DNA of 64,000 nucleotides from Rhina ancylostomus (Eukaryota). The translations under genes and the position numbers were made by a program. The DNA is taken from the NCBI GenBank assembly GCA_030265395.1, contig JARFYF010000063.1, positions 104,089,635 through 104,153,634 of the forward strand, written 5' to 3'. Under the pieces are notes generated by a model. That model made no database searches and had not been told where the DNA came from. It was given only the letters and a program-made list of their open reading frames with translations. Positions 25,402-37,923 of this stretch are shown in pieces. Positions within the stretch are counted from its first letter, which is position 1; every line of letters starts with the position of its first letter.

Positions 25402-26506
25402 GGGAGACCACAGTCAGTGCGGATAGGTAACTACACCTCCTTTCTGACAATCAACACGGGGCACCTCAAGGATGTGTGCTTAGCCCACTGCTCTACTGTC
25501 TCTACACTCATGACTGCATGGCTAAACACAGCTCAAGTGCCATCTATAAATTTGCTGATGTTGGTAGAATTTCAGATGGTGACAAGGAGACATACAAGAG
25601 TGAGATAGATCGGCTGGTTAAGTGGTGTCGCAACAACCTCACGCTCAATGTCAGCAAGACCACGGAATTGATTGTGGACTTCAGGAAGGGGAAGCTGGGA
25701 GAACACACACCAGTCCTCATTGAGGGGTCAGCAGTGGAAAGAGTGAGCAGCTTCAAGTTCCTGAGCATCAACATCAGAGGATCTATCCTGGGCCCAACAC
25801 ATTGATACAATCACAAAGAAGTCAGTGATAATAATTCTGATTCTACCTTCCTTTTTTGAAGAGTGGAATTGTACATGTGACTAATAAAGAAATCATATCT
25901 TATCTTAAATTTGCTACCTTCTAATCTGTAAAGTCTGCTCCACAGTTTAAAGAATTTTGGAAGATGAGCTTCAATGGATCCAAAGCCAGCAGTTTTGATT
26001 TGTTAGGAGTTTGAGGAGATTTGGTATGTCACCAAAGACTCTTGCAAATTTCTACAGATGTTTGGTGTAGAGCATTCTGATTGGTTGCATCACAGCCTGG
26101 TATGGAGACTCCAATGCACAGGACTGCAAGAGGCTGCAGAGGGTTGTAGACTCAGCCAGCTCCCTCCCCTCCAATGAGGACATGTTCAAGAGGCGGTGCC
26201 TCAAGGTGGCAGCATCTATCACTAAGGATTGTCACCATCCAGGACATGTCCTTTTCTCATTCCTACCATTGGGGAGGAGGTGCAGGAGCCTGAAGACCTA
26301 CACACTATGATTTAGGAACAGTTTCTTCCCTCCACCATCAGATTTCTGAACAGTTCATGAACACGACCATATTCATCCTTTTTTACCCCCCACATTATTT
26401 GTTTATTTATTTTGTGATATGTAGTGATTTCATCTATTTACACTGTACCGCTGCTGCAAAACAATAAAGTTCACAACGTACAAGTCAGTGACAATAATTC
26501 TGATTC
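25399..26506 (+). mobile_element. Rex1/Babar-clade LINE 3' part, same family and opposite orientation
   Basis: IGRPQSVRIGN...LSPLLYCLYTHDC...KFAD...NNLTLNVSKTTELIVDFRK...VERVSSFKFL; ends in attctgattc. Confidence 0.85.
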
Positions 26507-26633
26507 CACCTTCCTTTTTTGAAGAGTGGAATTGTACATGTGACCAATAAAGAAATCATATCTTAAATTTGCTACCTTCTAATCTGTAAAGTCTGCTCCA
26601 CAGTTTAAAGAATTTTGGAAGATGAGCTTCAAT
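25819..26633 (+). repeat. ~155-bp duplication (25819-25975 and 26482-26633)
   Basis: aagtcagtga...attctgatt...gaagagtggaattgtacatgtgac...gaagatgagcttcaat present twice. Confidence 0.9.
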
Positions 26634-27026
26634 ACATCCATTATTTCCAGGGCTACTTCCTTTAGTACCTTGGGATGTACTAAAGCCCTGGGAATTCATC
26701 ATCCTTAAGGCCTATTAATTTCCCAAGCACTATTTCTTTTCTAATAATACTGATTTCCTTCAGTTCCTCCCTCTCTCTGGACTCTTATTCCCAAACATAT
26801 CTGGCAGGTTACTTATCTGTGTTCTTCTTTATGAATACAGAATCAAAGTACGTTTTGATGGTTCTGCCATATCTTTGTTCCCAATTATAATTTACCCCAT
26901 TTCTAACTGTAGGTGATCTACATTTGGCTTCATAAACTTTTTCCCTCTACATGTAAAAGTGTTTACAGTCAGGTTTTATGTTCTCTGCAAACTTACTCTC
27001 AGACTCCACCTTCTCCCTCTTGATCA
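26507..27026 (-). mobile_element. Old CR1 LINE internal fragment
   Basis: tttgctaccttctaatc...gctacttcctttagtaccttgggatg...ccctgggaattcatc...aatacagaatcaaagtac. Confidence 0.6.
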
Positions 27027-29211
27027 NNNNNNNNNNNNNNNNNNNNNNNNNNNNNNNNNNNNNNNNNNNNNNNNNNNNNNNNNNNNNNNNNNNNNNNNNN
27101 NNNNNNNNNNNNNNNNNNNNNNNNNNNNNNNNNNNNNNNNNNNNNNNNNNNNNNNNNNNNNNNAGGGGATTCTAAAATTTTTGGCAATCCTAATCTCAGC
27201 AGAGCCCACAGCATTTACTCTTGGTGCAGAGGTGCTATGCTGTGGAGCACTGTTATCAGAGCCACTAATTTATGATGGTTAACAAAGTCATATCGCATTT
27301 TGATTATGAAGTCTTTTGGGATTTTTTAAAAGCTTCCTGGGTTGAATGCCTTTACAGGGATGCTGTGTATATTTCGCTAAAATGCCAAACCAATAGCTTA
27401 AATACTATTATGATTATGTATTCCCTTCATTAAACTTAACAAAAAAACTGATTAATTGGTTGATTGATTGCTTTGTTTGGAAGAACTGAGGGGAGATTTG
27501 AGGTGTATGAAATTATGAGAAGCCTGGGCAAGGTAAACAGAAAGGATGTAGTTCCTCAGCAGAGAAGTCAGTAAGTATTGGGCATTGATCAAAGATCATT
27601 GGTAGAAGGAGTAGAGGAGAATTAAGGAAAACATAAATCCTCAATTAGTGAAGTAGGTCTGAAATTCACTGCCTGAAAGGGTGGTGGAGGCAGAAACCCA
27701 CATCACAATTAATAAATACTGGGTTGAGGAAGCAAAAACTACAAGGTCAAGAGGTGGGGTGACCTGAAGCCCATTTTTAGGCCACAAAGGTCTAAATGTT
27801 GTCCTTTGCTGTACATTTCTAAATTCTAAGAACAAGAGCATAATCTGTTTATGGATAATCCAACATTGTTTCAGTAAAAATTGTGTTGAAGAAATTGAAA
27901 CCTTTGTCCTCCAGTACAGCCCCTTAAAGTACTGAATTGACTTAGCATTTCAAAGCTTTTAATAACATTCAGTCGTAGAAATAATAGCTGCAAAATCAAC
28001 ATACAATTAAATGCAAAATCCATATTTGCAGGACTGATAAGACCTTTGATATTTTGATTAAATATTTATGAGGGGGGGTTAAAAGTAAAGATGTTTTTTG
28101 TATACCTTTAATAGTTGCCAGAGAACTTAGAGCAGTTTTACAAAATGTATAATGAAGAAGAACCTCCCTTAAAGGAAGAACTTCATGACTTGATCTGAGG
28201 ATTAAAATCTTTTCACTTGTGGAAAGACCACATAAGAAAAAAAAACCTATTTACAATTTATTTTGATAATTAAGTTTTTAGGCTGCTCATGAATTAAGTT
28301 CTACATTCCAAATTCCCAGAGATTATAGTTTATGAGTTATTGTAAACTCATTTTAAATTAGGTTAGTTGATAACACAATATTTCTTTACTACATTTCTCC
28401 TGAATATTACTAAAACAAATCCAAAATTATCTTCAAATGTAAATGGTTTTATAGGGTAATAAAGCAGAGTTTTTACTTGCATTTCAACTTGATTTGTTTA
28501 TGGTTTGCTAAGAGGCTATGAGTTATTTTTTATTATCAAGTTTTAAGGTAAATGAATAACTTTGGATTTAGGTACTTACTTACTGAGAATAAGTAAGCAA
28601 TAACTTGTAGAAGCTATAATAGTAATATTGAGCAACAGATTCCAGTGATCAACTCCACAGGAAAATAGGAGTAGGAATAGGCCACCTGGCCTCTCTAGCC
28701 TGTCCTGCCATTCAAATGATCATGGCTGATCTACACTAGGCCTCAACTCCTCTTATGTTCCCTTTGAAATAGCCCTCAATGCCTGGTCTTTCAATAATTC
28801 ATCTCCCTCCTTTACAAAAACCTCCAAGGTAGAGAATTCCAGAGATGCATCACTCTCTGTGAGAAGAACCTCAGTTCCAAATGACCATTTCCCTAACTTG
28901 TTAGTATGTCCCCTCAGTTGAGACTCTCCCACTAGCTGAAACATCTCAACTTCCTCCATCATAGCCACTTAGGATCCTATAGGTGACAATACAATTGCCC
29001 CCCTATTCTTCTAAACTCCAAAGAATGCAAGTCTGACTTTTTGAGTCGTTTGTGATAGGATAGCCTAATTTTGGACTGTCTCCATGCTAGTACATCCTTC
29101 TTTAAATAAGGGGACCAAAACAGCACAATATTCCAGTATGACCTCACCAACATCCTGTACTTCCGTTTCTAAACTCCAAACCTCCTGCAATAAATGCCAA
29201 AATGCCATTTA

Positions 29212-29730
29212 CTTGGGCATGCCAGTGGCTCTACTTCATTAGGATTTTGAGGAGATTTGGTATGTCACCAAAGACTCTTGCGAATTTCTATGGATGTACA
29301 GTGGAGAGCATTCTGACTGGTTGCATCACAGCCTGGTATGGAGGCTCCAATGCACAGGATTGCAAGAGGTTGCCGTGGGTTGTAGACTCAGCCAGTTCCA
29401 TCACAGGCACATCCCTCCCCACCATTCAAGGATACCTTCAATAGGCAGTGCCTCAGGAAGGTGGCATCCATCACTAAGGACCCTCATCATCTGGAACATC
29501 CCTTCTTCTCATTACTACCATTGGGGAGGTGGTACAGGAGCCTGAAGACCCACACTGTTCCCCACCATTATCAGATTTCTGAACAGTCCATGAACAAATA
29601 TCTCATTGCTTCTTTTATTTTGCATTATTTATTTATGTTGTAATTATATAGTTTATGTCTTTGTATCGTACTGCTGCTGCTAAACAACCTTATCATATAA
29701 GACAGTGATAGTAAACCTGATTCTGATTCA
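29212..29730 (+). mobile_element. Rex1/Babar LINE 3' fragment inserted in a CR1
   Basis: WLYFIRILRRFGMSPKTLANFYGCTVESILTGCITAWYGGSNAQD...; tail aaacctgattctgattc. Confidence 0.8.
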
Positions 29731-29828
29731 TGACTTATCTACTCCAAACCTCAGCTCTTGCTCTGTGCTAGTTTCCTATGGCCCTCAATCCCCCAATCAT
29801 TCAAACATTAATCTATCATAACTTTAAT

Positions 29829-30112
29829 TAAGACAAGATTTCTTTATTAGTCACATGTACATCGGAACACACTATGAAGTGCATATTTGCATAGAATGTT
29901 CTGGGGGCAGCCCGCAAGTGTCACCATGTTTCTGGTGCCAACATAGCATGCCCACAACTTCCTAACCTGTATGTCTTTTGGAATGTGGGAGGAAACTGGA
30001 GCACCCAGAGGAAACCCACGCAGTCATGGGGAGAACATACAAACTCCTTACAGACAGTGGCCGGAATTGAACCCAGTCGCTGGCATTGTAATAGCATTAC
30101 ACTAACTACTAC
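29829..30112 (-). mobile_element. tRNA-derived V-domain SINE
   Basis: Reverse complement of the same family (tctttattagtcacatgtacatc...ccggaattgaacccagtcgctggc). Confidence 0.85.
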
Positions 30113-32199
30113 ATGACTTAGCCTCCACATACCTCTGGGGTAGAGAATTTCAGAGATTCACTACCCTCTGCGAGAAGAAATTTCCATACACCTTGGTTTT
30201 AAATGACTGTTTCCTTGTTCATGACTTTTCCAGTAGTGAAAACATCTAAACATCAACCCTGCATTTTCCCTTAGGATCTTGCATGTTTCAATAAGATCAC
30301 CTCTCATTCTTCTAAATTCCAAAAAATACAGACCCAACCTGTTCAGCCTCCCTTGGTAGGACCCACCTCTCGTTCCAGGGATTAGCCTGCTGAATCTCTT
30401 TTGGGCTGCTCCAATACAAATATATCCCTTCTTAGTACTTCACAGTACTTCAGGTGTGGCCTCACCAACACGTTGAACAATTGTAACAAAACTTCCCTAT
30501 TTCTAAACTCCAACCTCTTTGCATGTGCCATGTGCCCTATTAAGTACTTGCTGTACCTGCCTATTGACCTTTTGTGATTCAAAAACATAATTCTGTAAGC
30601 AATCATAAAACATTTACTTTTGGCCAAAATACAAAAACTGTTTGAATTCCCCTATCAGTTTTGATTCCATTATTCAGTTTGTGAACTCATAATTAAGGCA
30701 ACTGATTCTTTGATAGTAATTTGATAAATTGTATAATCTCTCATGTAGCTGTAGTCACTGGAAGCTAAACTCTTTATCACTTAGTCTCTGACCTACTTTA
30801 AGCCGATAAAAACACTGTAATTGTTGAAATGTTATCACTGCGTTTCGTGTCCTTCTAATTTCTAGACTTAATGATTCGGCAAACTTTTGAATGCAAGGTG
30901 AAAACTAACCAATTCTGACCATCTGCAATTGCGCAGAGATTATGTTAGAGTGGATATGTGCTAATATTAGGCTTTAAACTGTGTTGCAAGTTAGCAAGTG
31001 AAAAAAATCTGGAAGGAAGTGAAAAGCAAATGCAAATCAAAGGAATAAACTAAATTAAATTGAGGAAAAAAACACAGACAAAAAAAAGCTGATGCAAAAG
31101 AGAAATATGTAAAGTATGTGAAAACTAGATAAAATTGAAATAAATGTTACTGGCCAGCCAGTAACTGAGAGAAAGTAATTTGCAGTATTTTCCAATAATA
31201 ATTCCAGACAGTAATATAACAAAGCATACAATCACATAGTAAACTGAAACAATCAATGATCCATTGGATATGGCACAGGCAGCTTACTCAGGACCAGAAA
31301 AAAATGATATACATTTTCTGAATTATATTTTTCAATTTTTGTCAGATAACTTTTACATGGGGCTCAGAGAAAAATGATTCTCTTTTGGAGTCAGAGGATG
31401 TGGCAGACATACTAAATGAATATTTTGCATATGCTCTCACTGGGACTGGTTCAGGCTGGTCACATTTAACTATTGTAAAGCCAAGACCCTGTATTCATTT
31501 GGGAAAGCATCCTTCTTCATGAGAGGCATGCTTTCACGAACCCTGTAGGCATAATTAAATAACCTAGAAGAGGTGTTTAAATGTGCTGCGGTCAGCACAG
31601 ATGCTACTGTACCTCTGTGCACTTGCATGGAAGACTGAAAGCAATTATGAAAGCTTTTGTGCACAACTCAGTGCATGCTGATTTCCATTAAAATCGTATC
31701 AGTTACTGAACATTATTGAGAACCACTTGGTAGAATTTCTGGGATGATAAAAGGTTGTCAGCAGTTGATATCCAAAAGTTACCTGGACTTGGTGGAATAC
31801 ACTCTAGGTTGCTGAGGGAAGCAAGGGTATATAGATAGTGGAGTCTCTGATCTCACTCTTTCAATCTTCCTTAAATATGGCACTTGTAGGATTTCAAACA
31901 TTGCACTCCTGTTCAATAAACATGAGGGGGAAAACCTAGCAGTTACAGTCTAGCCAGCCAAAATCTGTGGTGATGAAATTTTGAAAACAATAATCATTGA
32001 CAATTAGTTTGCCATTAATAAATATAATGAAAGTGCATGTGAGTTTATTAGAAGCAAATCATGTTTGACCAACTAGTTTGAATTCTTTGATTAGGTAATG
32101 GTGAGAGTCAAGAACACATGAACAACCCAACTAAATGAATTCAATTTAAGGTCATTAGCAAAAGAGAAAAGGTAATGTTAAAAAAAATGCACAAAGAAT

Positions 32200-32450
32200 T
32201 ATAAGAACATAAGAAATAGGAGCAGGAGTAGGCCATCAAGCCTGCTCTGCCATTCAATAAGATCATGGCTGATCTGGCCGTGGACTCAGATCCACCTACC
32301 TGCCGTTTCCCCATAATCCTTAATTCCCCTACTATGCAAAAATCTATCTAACTGTATCTTAAATATATTTAGTGAGGTAGCCTCTGCTGCTTCCATGGGC
32401 AGAGAACTCCACAGATTCACTACTCACTGGGAAAAGCAGTTTCTCCTCTG
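32200..32450 (-). mobile_element. CR1 3' end (young)
   Basis: ataagaacataagaaataggagcaggagtaggccatc...cattcaataagatcatggctgatct...gaactccacagattcactact. Confidence 0.8.
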
Positions 32451-32557
32451 CACCTAGAATGTTCTGTTAGAATGATGGAAGGAGATCCAATAGAAATAAA
32501 AACTCTCAGAAAGACAGTGGATGAATGAAGTTGTTAAATTGAAAAGAAAAACACTTC

Positions 32558-32910
32558 TCTGAAGAAAATGAACAAGGACATGGTACAATTGTTTCTGCAA
32601 GGGAAGAGCAGAGATATGGAACTATTGCTTTGAAGAAAAGGGAAAAGTGATATGGGACTTTACATCTTTGAGTGAAAAAAAACAGGGGCATGAGAATGTT
32701 GTTTGGAGGGAAAGAGCAGACATGGGATATTGCCTGTCTGAAGAAAAAGAGCAGGAATATAACACTATTACTTCCCTGAAGGAAGTGAGCAGAGGAATAA
32801 CATGAATGCTTCTCCAAGAGAAAAGGGAAAGGAAATAGCACTTGAGGGACAGGAGCAGTGGTAGGAACTATTGCATCTGAGGGAAAAGAATAAGACACAG
32901 GATTAATTAC
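32558..32910 (+). repeat. Degenerate ~37-bp minisatellite (~9 units)
   Basis: Recurring tgaag/gaggg-aaa-gagcag-...-atggg/ggaactattgc units. Confidence 0.65.
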
Positions 32911-32951
32911 ACAGATCTTTCAAAGAGCTGACTGAGACACAGTAGAACAAT

Positions 32952-33292
32952 CGTCAAGCCATCACAGTTGTAGAAGAGGCTTGACTCAAAAAGTAGAGCA
33001 GCAGAGACAACTTAGCAGTGAATGATGACTTTAATAATAGACCACAAAATAACAAGCCATAAGGGGCCCCAAAACAGGAGAGAAGAGGAACATAACACCA
33101 CAGGTAACCTTAGGCCAGGAGAGTACAGCTAGGAGCAACTGTTTAGAACCAGCTGTTTCTATTAGAGAACAAAGATTGTGGAATTGAGAACTGGGGTTAA
33201 ATAGGCTGCAGGTGATGAGTCTGGAATGAGCAGCAGGTGAATCCTATTAGCTGGGTGGAGACTGGGTGGTGTCTGTGGGAGTAGGCCTGACA
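32952..33292 (-). mobile_element. Solo LTR (Gypsy-like, ~341 bp)
   Basis: Inverted termini cgtcaagcc...ggcctgaca; flanks caat/caag; minus-strand TATA-like (tatttaa) and ATTAAA in the order expected for an LTR. Confidence 0.55.
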
Positions 33293-33964
33293 CAAGCTAA
33301 GTTTTGCTTTATTCAATGCTTCTGTAAATCTAATAATGAACATTAAGACATTGCACAGCATATAATATCAGATATCAAGATTGATGGTTATGTGAAATAG
33401 CCTATCTAGCTTTTAGGTTCATATTGAAAGTATTATTATTTGGCAAAGTTAATAACCATGAAGTTGTACCTCAGTATAAAAAGAGACAAGAAAGCAAGTT
33501 TGTTTAAATATTGTGGTCTTTAGCACTTGGAGGTTTCTTTTGGCAGGGAATACTTACCATAATGTGTGCCCAGGTTGACTTTGGAATATTCTAAGGAAAC
33601 AAAGATAATTTGAAATAACTTGCAGAAGGTCTCCATTGATGTGTGTTTCAGGAGTTATTCAGCAGTTGGTGAGGAGGAGACAATTCTTCTCTCCTCAGCT
33701 ATCAGCACCAATTTGAATGAATCTGAGCAAACTGTGATATTCCATGAATGCTGAGATTGACTGATTTCATGCAGGCCAAGGGCTAATTCAATACTTGCCA
33801 GTTTTCTATTTATCTTTGTATTTTTGTTACTGAAAACCTAAGGCACAGCAATCAGAATGTGACANNNNNNNNNNNNNNNNNNNNNNNNNNNNNNNNNNNN
33901 NNNNNNNNNNNNNNNNNNNNNNNNNNNNNNNNNNNNNNNNNNNNNNNNNNNNNNNNNNNNNNNN

Positions 33965-34075
33965 TCATTGGGAGAACACACAAACTCTTCACAGACAGCA
34001 CCAAGGGTTAGGATTGAACCTGGGTCACTGGAGCTGTAAGACAACAGCTCTACTAACTGTGCCACTGTTCCATCC
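33965..34075 (-). mobile_element. HE1-like V-SINE head
   Basis: gggagaacacacaaactcttcacagacagcacc...ggattgaacctgggtcactggagctgtaagacaacagctctactaactgtgccactg. Confidence 0.7.
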
Positions 34076-34639
34076 AGAATGCCCGAGTCACTATGAAATT
34101 CTATCAATGGGAATGGTACCTGATGGGTTATGCATAGTAAACAACTGAATGCTGGAAATTGAGTTCCCAACTCATGCAAATTGAAATTGACAGAAAAGGC
34201 TAGTGACAACATACTCCCTTTATTTTTTAATGCAAGCAACAAATTTGTGCTGAAAATCCTGCATATATCTAATAGAAAATGGCAGCAGAGGCTAAAAGAA
34301 TGAAGGTGAAACAGTAGGATTTATTAGTAAGGTGATGTGGAATTGATTTTTTGCTAGTTTTGAATTATAGCTTATGTAGGCCAGTGAAGAGGGATCAATA
34401 GGCTCCATACTTGGGTCATCAGATGATAAATCTATCAAAAACATAGTAATGTTAAAAAATGCTCAGTGTATCTATGGATTGAGTATCCTTAGAAAAACCT
34501 TGCTTTTTCACAATGACAAACTAAACCAAAACATGCTGAATACAGACGTGTTTGTTTCTCGTTTGGAAGCAAGTAGAACATTATGTAAAACTAAACTGTG
34601 GCTCGGCAAAAAAAAAGGGATTAGAAATGAAAATTTTTT

Positions 34640-34800
34640 TTAAAACGCAGATGTTATGAATCTGAAATAAAAATATAAAAGGCTGGAAATACTCATCAGG
34701 TTGGTCAGCTTCTGTGGAAGGAACAAACAGGAAGAACATTTCAGGTCAGACATGAAGGTTTTGATCAAGGTCTTTGGTCTGAAACTTTAACTGTCTACAA
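34640..34800. mobile_element. Penelope-derived palindromic element (decayed)
   Basis: gcagatgttatgaatctgaaataaaa...gctggaaatactcatcagg...catttcaggtc...tgatcaaggtctttggtctgaaac. Confidence 0.55.
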
Positions 34801-35262
34801 TTAGAAATGGAATTAGAATTCATTACACATTTCCACAAGTTTAATCTTTGAAAGCTACAGTAATAAAAAAGGTAAAAATGGCTTCATTTTCCCATTCAAA
34901 GATGAATTCTTTTAACTTGCAATGCATTACTTTGTAATTGATAACTAATAGATATTTATCATTAGCATCACTATCAACTAATGGTGGAGAGGCAGTTTAA
35001 ATATTGAGAACGATCAGAATTTAACCTACTAATTTTTACTTTCAACTTTAAAAGCACAAGTAATATTTAGTTAGAATTCTGATGTTATGCAGAAGTTAAT
35101 AAGTAACAAGAAATGTGGAATATTATTCAGCATTTTAGTTAAATTGTATTATTATAAATTTGCTGTAGTTATAAAAAATAAAATGTAATACACTAAACAT
35201 GGCAAGAATAATTGGGCTTGCAAAATGTATAGTTCTTAGTGAAACACAAGACTGGTTTCTTA

Positions 35263-35548
35263 TAGGACATGGCTTTAAGGTAATAGGTGGGAAGTTCAAG
35301 GGAGATGTCGGAGGTTTTTCCACCCAGAGAGTGGTTGGTGCATGGAATGTGCTGCCTGGGGTGGTGGTGGAGGCGGATACGTTGGTCAAGTTTAAGAGAT
35401 TGTTGGATAGGCATATGGAGGAATTTAAGATAGAGGGAAATGTGGGAGGAAGGGGTTAGATAGTCTTAGGTGTGGTTTTGAAGGGCGGCACAACATGATG
35501 GGCCGAAGGGCCTGTATTGTGCTGTATTGTTCCATGGTTCTATGGTTT
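35263..35548 (+). mobile_element. CR1 LINE 3' end (young)
   Basis: GHGFKVIGGKFKGDVGGFSTQRVVGAWNVLPGVVVEADT..FKRLLDRHM; tail gttccatggttctatggtt. Confidence 0.85.
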
Positions 35549-36329
35549 AAAAAAGTGTTAACACTACTGAATGTATTGACCAAATGACACTATGAATGTA
35601 AAAAGTTTTTCACTGTGCTTATCTTTTTGTATATATGAATACATTTTATGAGTTCCAACAAATATGACTGTTTATTCCATTGGTAGCCTCAGGCAGACTA
35701 ATTTCAGAAGCTTAAACAAACAACATTAAAACCCAGTGAGCAGTCAACTGCCTAACATTGTACTTAAAGAAGTGACAGTCTTAAAGCAGCATTTACTCTT
35801 TTGCAACCAATAGTTCATATACTAAATTTATCTTGCAAAGTTGTCCTTTAACATAAATGGGCATGATACCATCCATTCAGCAAATGTGACACTATGCATT
35901 TTAATAGTTAATCTTTTCCCATACAATTTAAATTAAAACCAGAACTGTCACCACTGCCTGCAACAAAAGGAACTCACATGATCCAACGGTTTCATACACA
36001 CTATCTGCCACATCTCCATTATTTTTTCATTATGAATATCTGAAGGAAATTCCAGTACTTCCAATTTTGATTGAATACAATCATTTTAATGTTACTCTGC
36101 CTGTTAATGATTTTAGTGCCTTTGTGCTGTTGCACTGTGTCCTCCATCATATGTAGTGTTTTATCTTTTCCGATCATCTTTTGTTTTTCACTCTTTAACC
36201 CTTGTAATATGCACTTTTTATTCTGCCCTTTCCTTTTCTTCCCCCTTCTTGTTCTCCTTCTCTCTCGTCATTCCTTTTCCCTCTCTTTCCATTCCCCCTC
36301 CCCTCCCCCCCATCCCCATCTCTGTCTCT

Positions 36330-37550
36330 CTTTTGCATTCATCTTCAAAAGACAACTGAATGCAGTTGAGTGAAACACACTGTTTATAAAGACACTGGGG
36401 ATGATAATCGGAGGTGAGGTGAGAGGAACTGCTCTTGACATCAAGGCAGCATTTGATTGAGTATGGTGTCAAAGAGCCCTGGCTAAACTGAAGTCAATGG
36501 GAATCAGGAGAAAACCTCTCTGCTGGTTAGAATCATACCTAGCACAAAGGTAGATGGTTGTGGTGGTTTTTGTGGTGATGTGGTGATGATTGTGGTGAGG
36601 TCAATTGTCTCAGCCAGAGGACATCTCTGCAGGAGTTCCTCAGGATAGTGTCCTAGGCCCACCCATCTTCAGCTCCTTCATCAATGACCTTCCTTCAATC
36701 ATTAGGGATGTTTGCTGATGATTGCACACTGTTCAGTGCCATTTGCAATTCCTCAGATAACAAAGCAATTCACATTCGAATCCTGGATATTGTCCAGGAC
36801 TGGGCTGATAGGTGACAAGTAACATTTGCACCACACATCTTCCAGTCAATGATAATATCCAATAAGAGAAAATCCAGCTATCACCCCCTGACATCCAATG
36901 GCATTATGATCACTGAATTATTAATATCCTCAGGGTTACCATTGACCAGAAACAGAACTGGAATATCCATTTATGCAATGTGGCTACAAGAGCAGATCAA
37001 AGGCTAGGAATCCTGTGGTGAGTAACTCACCTCCTAACTCCCCAAAGCCTGTTCACCATCTACAAGGCTCAAGTCAGGAATGTGATGGAATACTTTCCAC
37101 TTGCCTGGATAAGTGCAGCCCACTTGATAGGTGTCCATCCACAACCATTCACTCACTCCACCACTGACATATAGTAACAGCAGTTTGTACCATCTACAGG
37201 ATGCACTGCATCAACTCCCTAAGACTACTTAGACAGTACCTTCCAAACCCATGACCTCCACCAGCTCAGAGGACAAGGGCAGTGAAAACAATGGGAACAC
37301 CACCATCTGGTAGTTGGCCTCCAAGCCAAACACCATCCTTATTTGGGAATATATCACCATTCCTTCACCATCGCTGGGTCAAAATCCTGGAACTCTCTCC
37401 CTAATTGCGCTGTGGGCGTACCCACATGTCAAGGACTGCAGCGGTTCAAGAAGGTAGCTCACCATCACCTTGTCAAGGGCAATTAAGGATGAATAATTAA
37501 ATACTGGCTCAGCCTGCAAAGCCTGCATCCTTTGAATGAATATAAAATAA
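36330..37550 (+). mobile_element. CR1/L2-group LINE RT and 3' end
   Basis: LDIKAAFD*VW; AGVPQDSVLGPPIFSSFINDLP; MFADDCT; YKAQVRNVMEY. Confidence 0.8.
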
Positions 37551-37620
37551 AATTTCTATGTGCCTGACAGAAGCTAGGTGGATGGTTGACAAGATCTCTT
37601 TTTCAAACTCACACAGTACA

Positions 37621-37923
37621 GTGGTGGCACAGTAGTGTAGCGGTTACCGTAACACTATTACGGTGCCAACAACCCGGGTTCAATTCCAGTGCTGTCTGTA
37701 AGGAGTTTGTACGTTCTCCCTGTGTCTGCGTGGGTTTCCTCTGGGTGCTCTGGTTTCCTCCCACGTACGGGTTAGGAGCTGTGGGCATGCTATCTTGGTA
37801 CTGAAAGAGTGGTGACACTTGCGGGCTGCCCCCCAGCACACTCTCAGTAATGCAAAAAGGCGCATTTCACTGTGTGTTTTGATGTACATGTGACTAATAA
37901 GTAAGTATTTTATCTTATCTTAT
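37621..37923 (+). mobile_element. tRNA-derived V-domain SINE
   Basis: gtggcacagtagtgtagcggtt (A box), gggttcaattcc (B box), V-domain, (tctta) tail. Confidence 0.9.

Larger units (their letters stand above)
28660..30560 (-). mobile_element. Nested CR1 3' fragments interrupted by a Rex1 LINE and a SINE
   Basis: aaataggagtaggaataggccac tail; minus-strand RLEFRNREVLLQLFNVLVRPHLKYC at 30440-30520. Confidence 0.7.

Noticed and set aside
32558-32910. CRISPR-like periodicity
   Set aside because: The units are contiguous and degenerate without unique spacers, in a vertebrate context with no cas genes.
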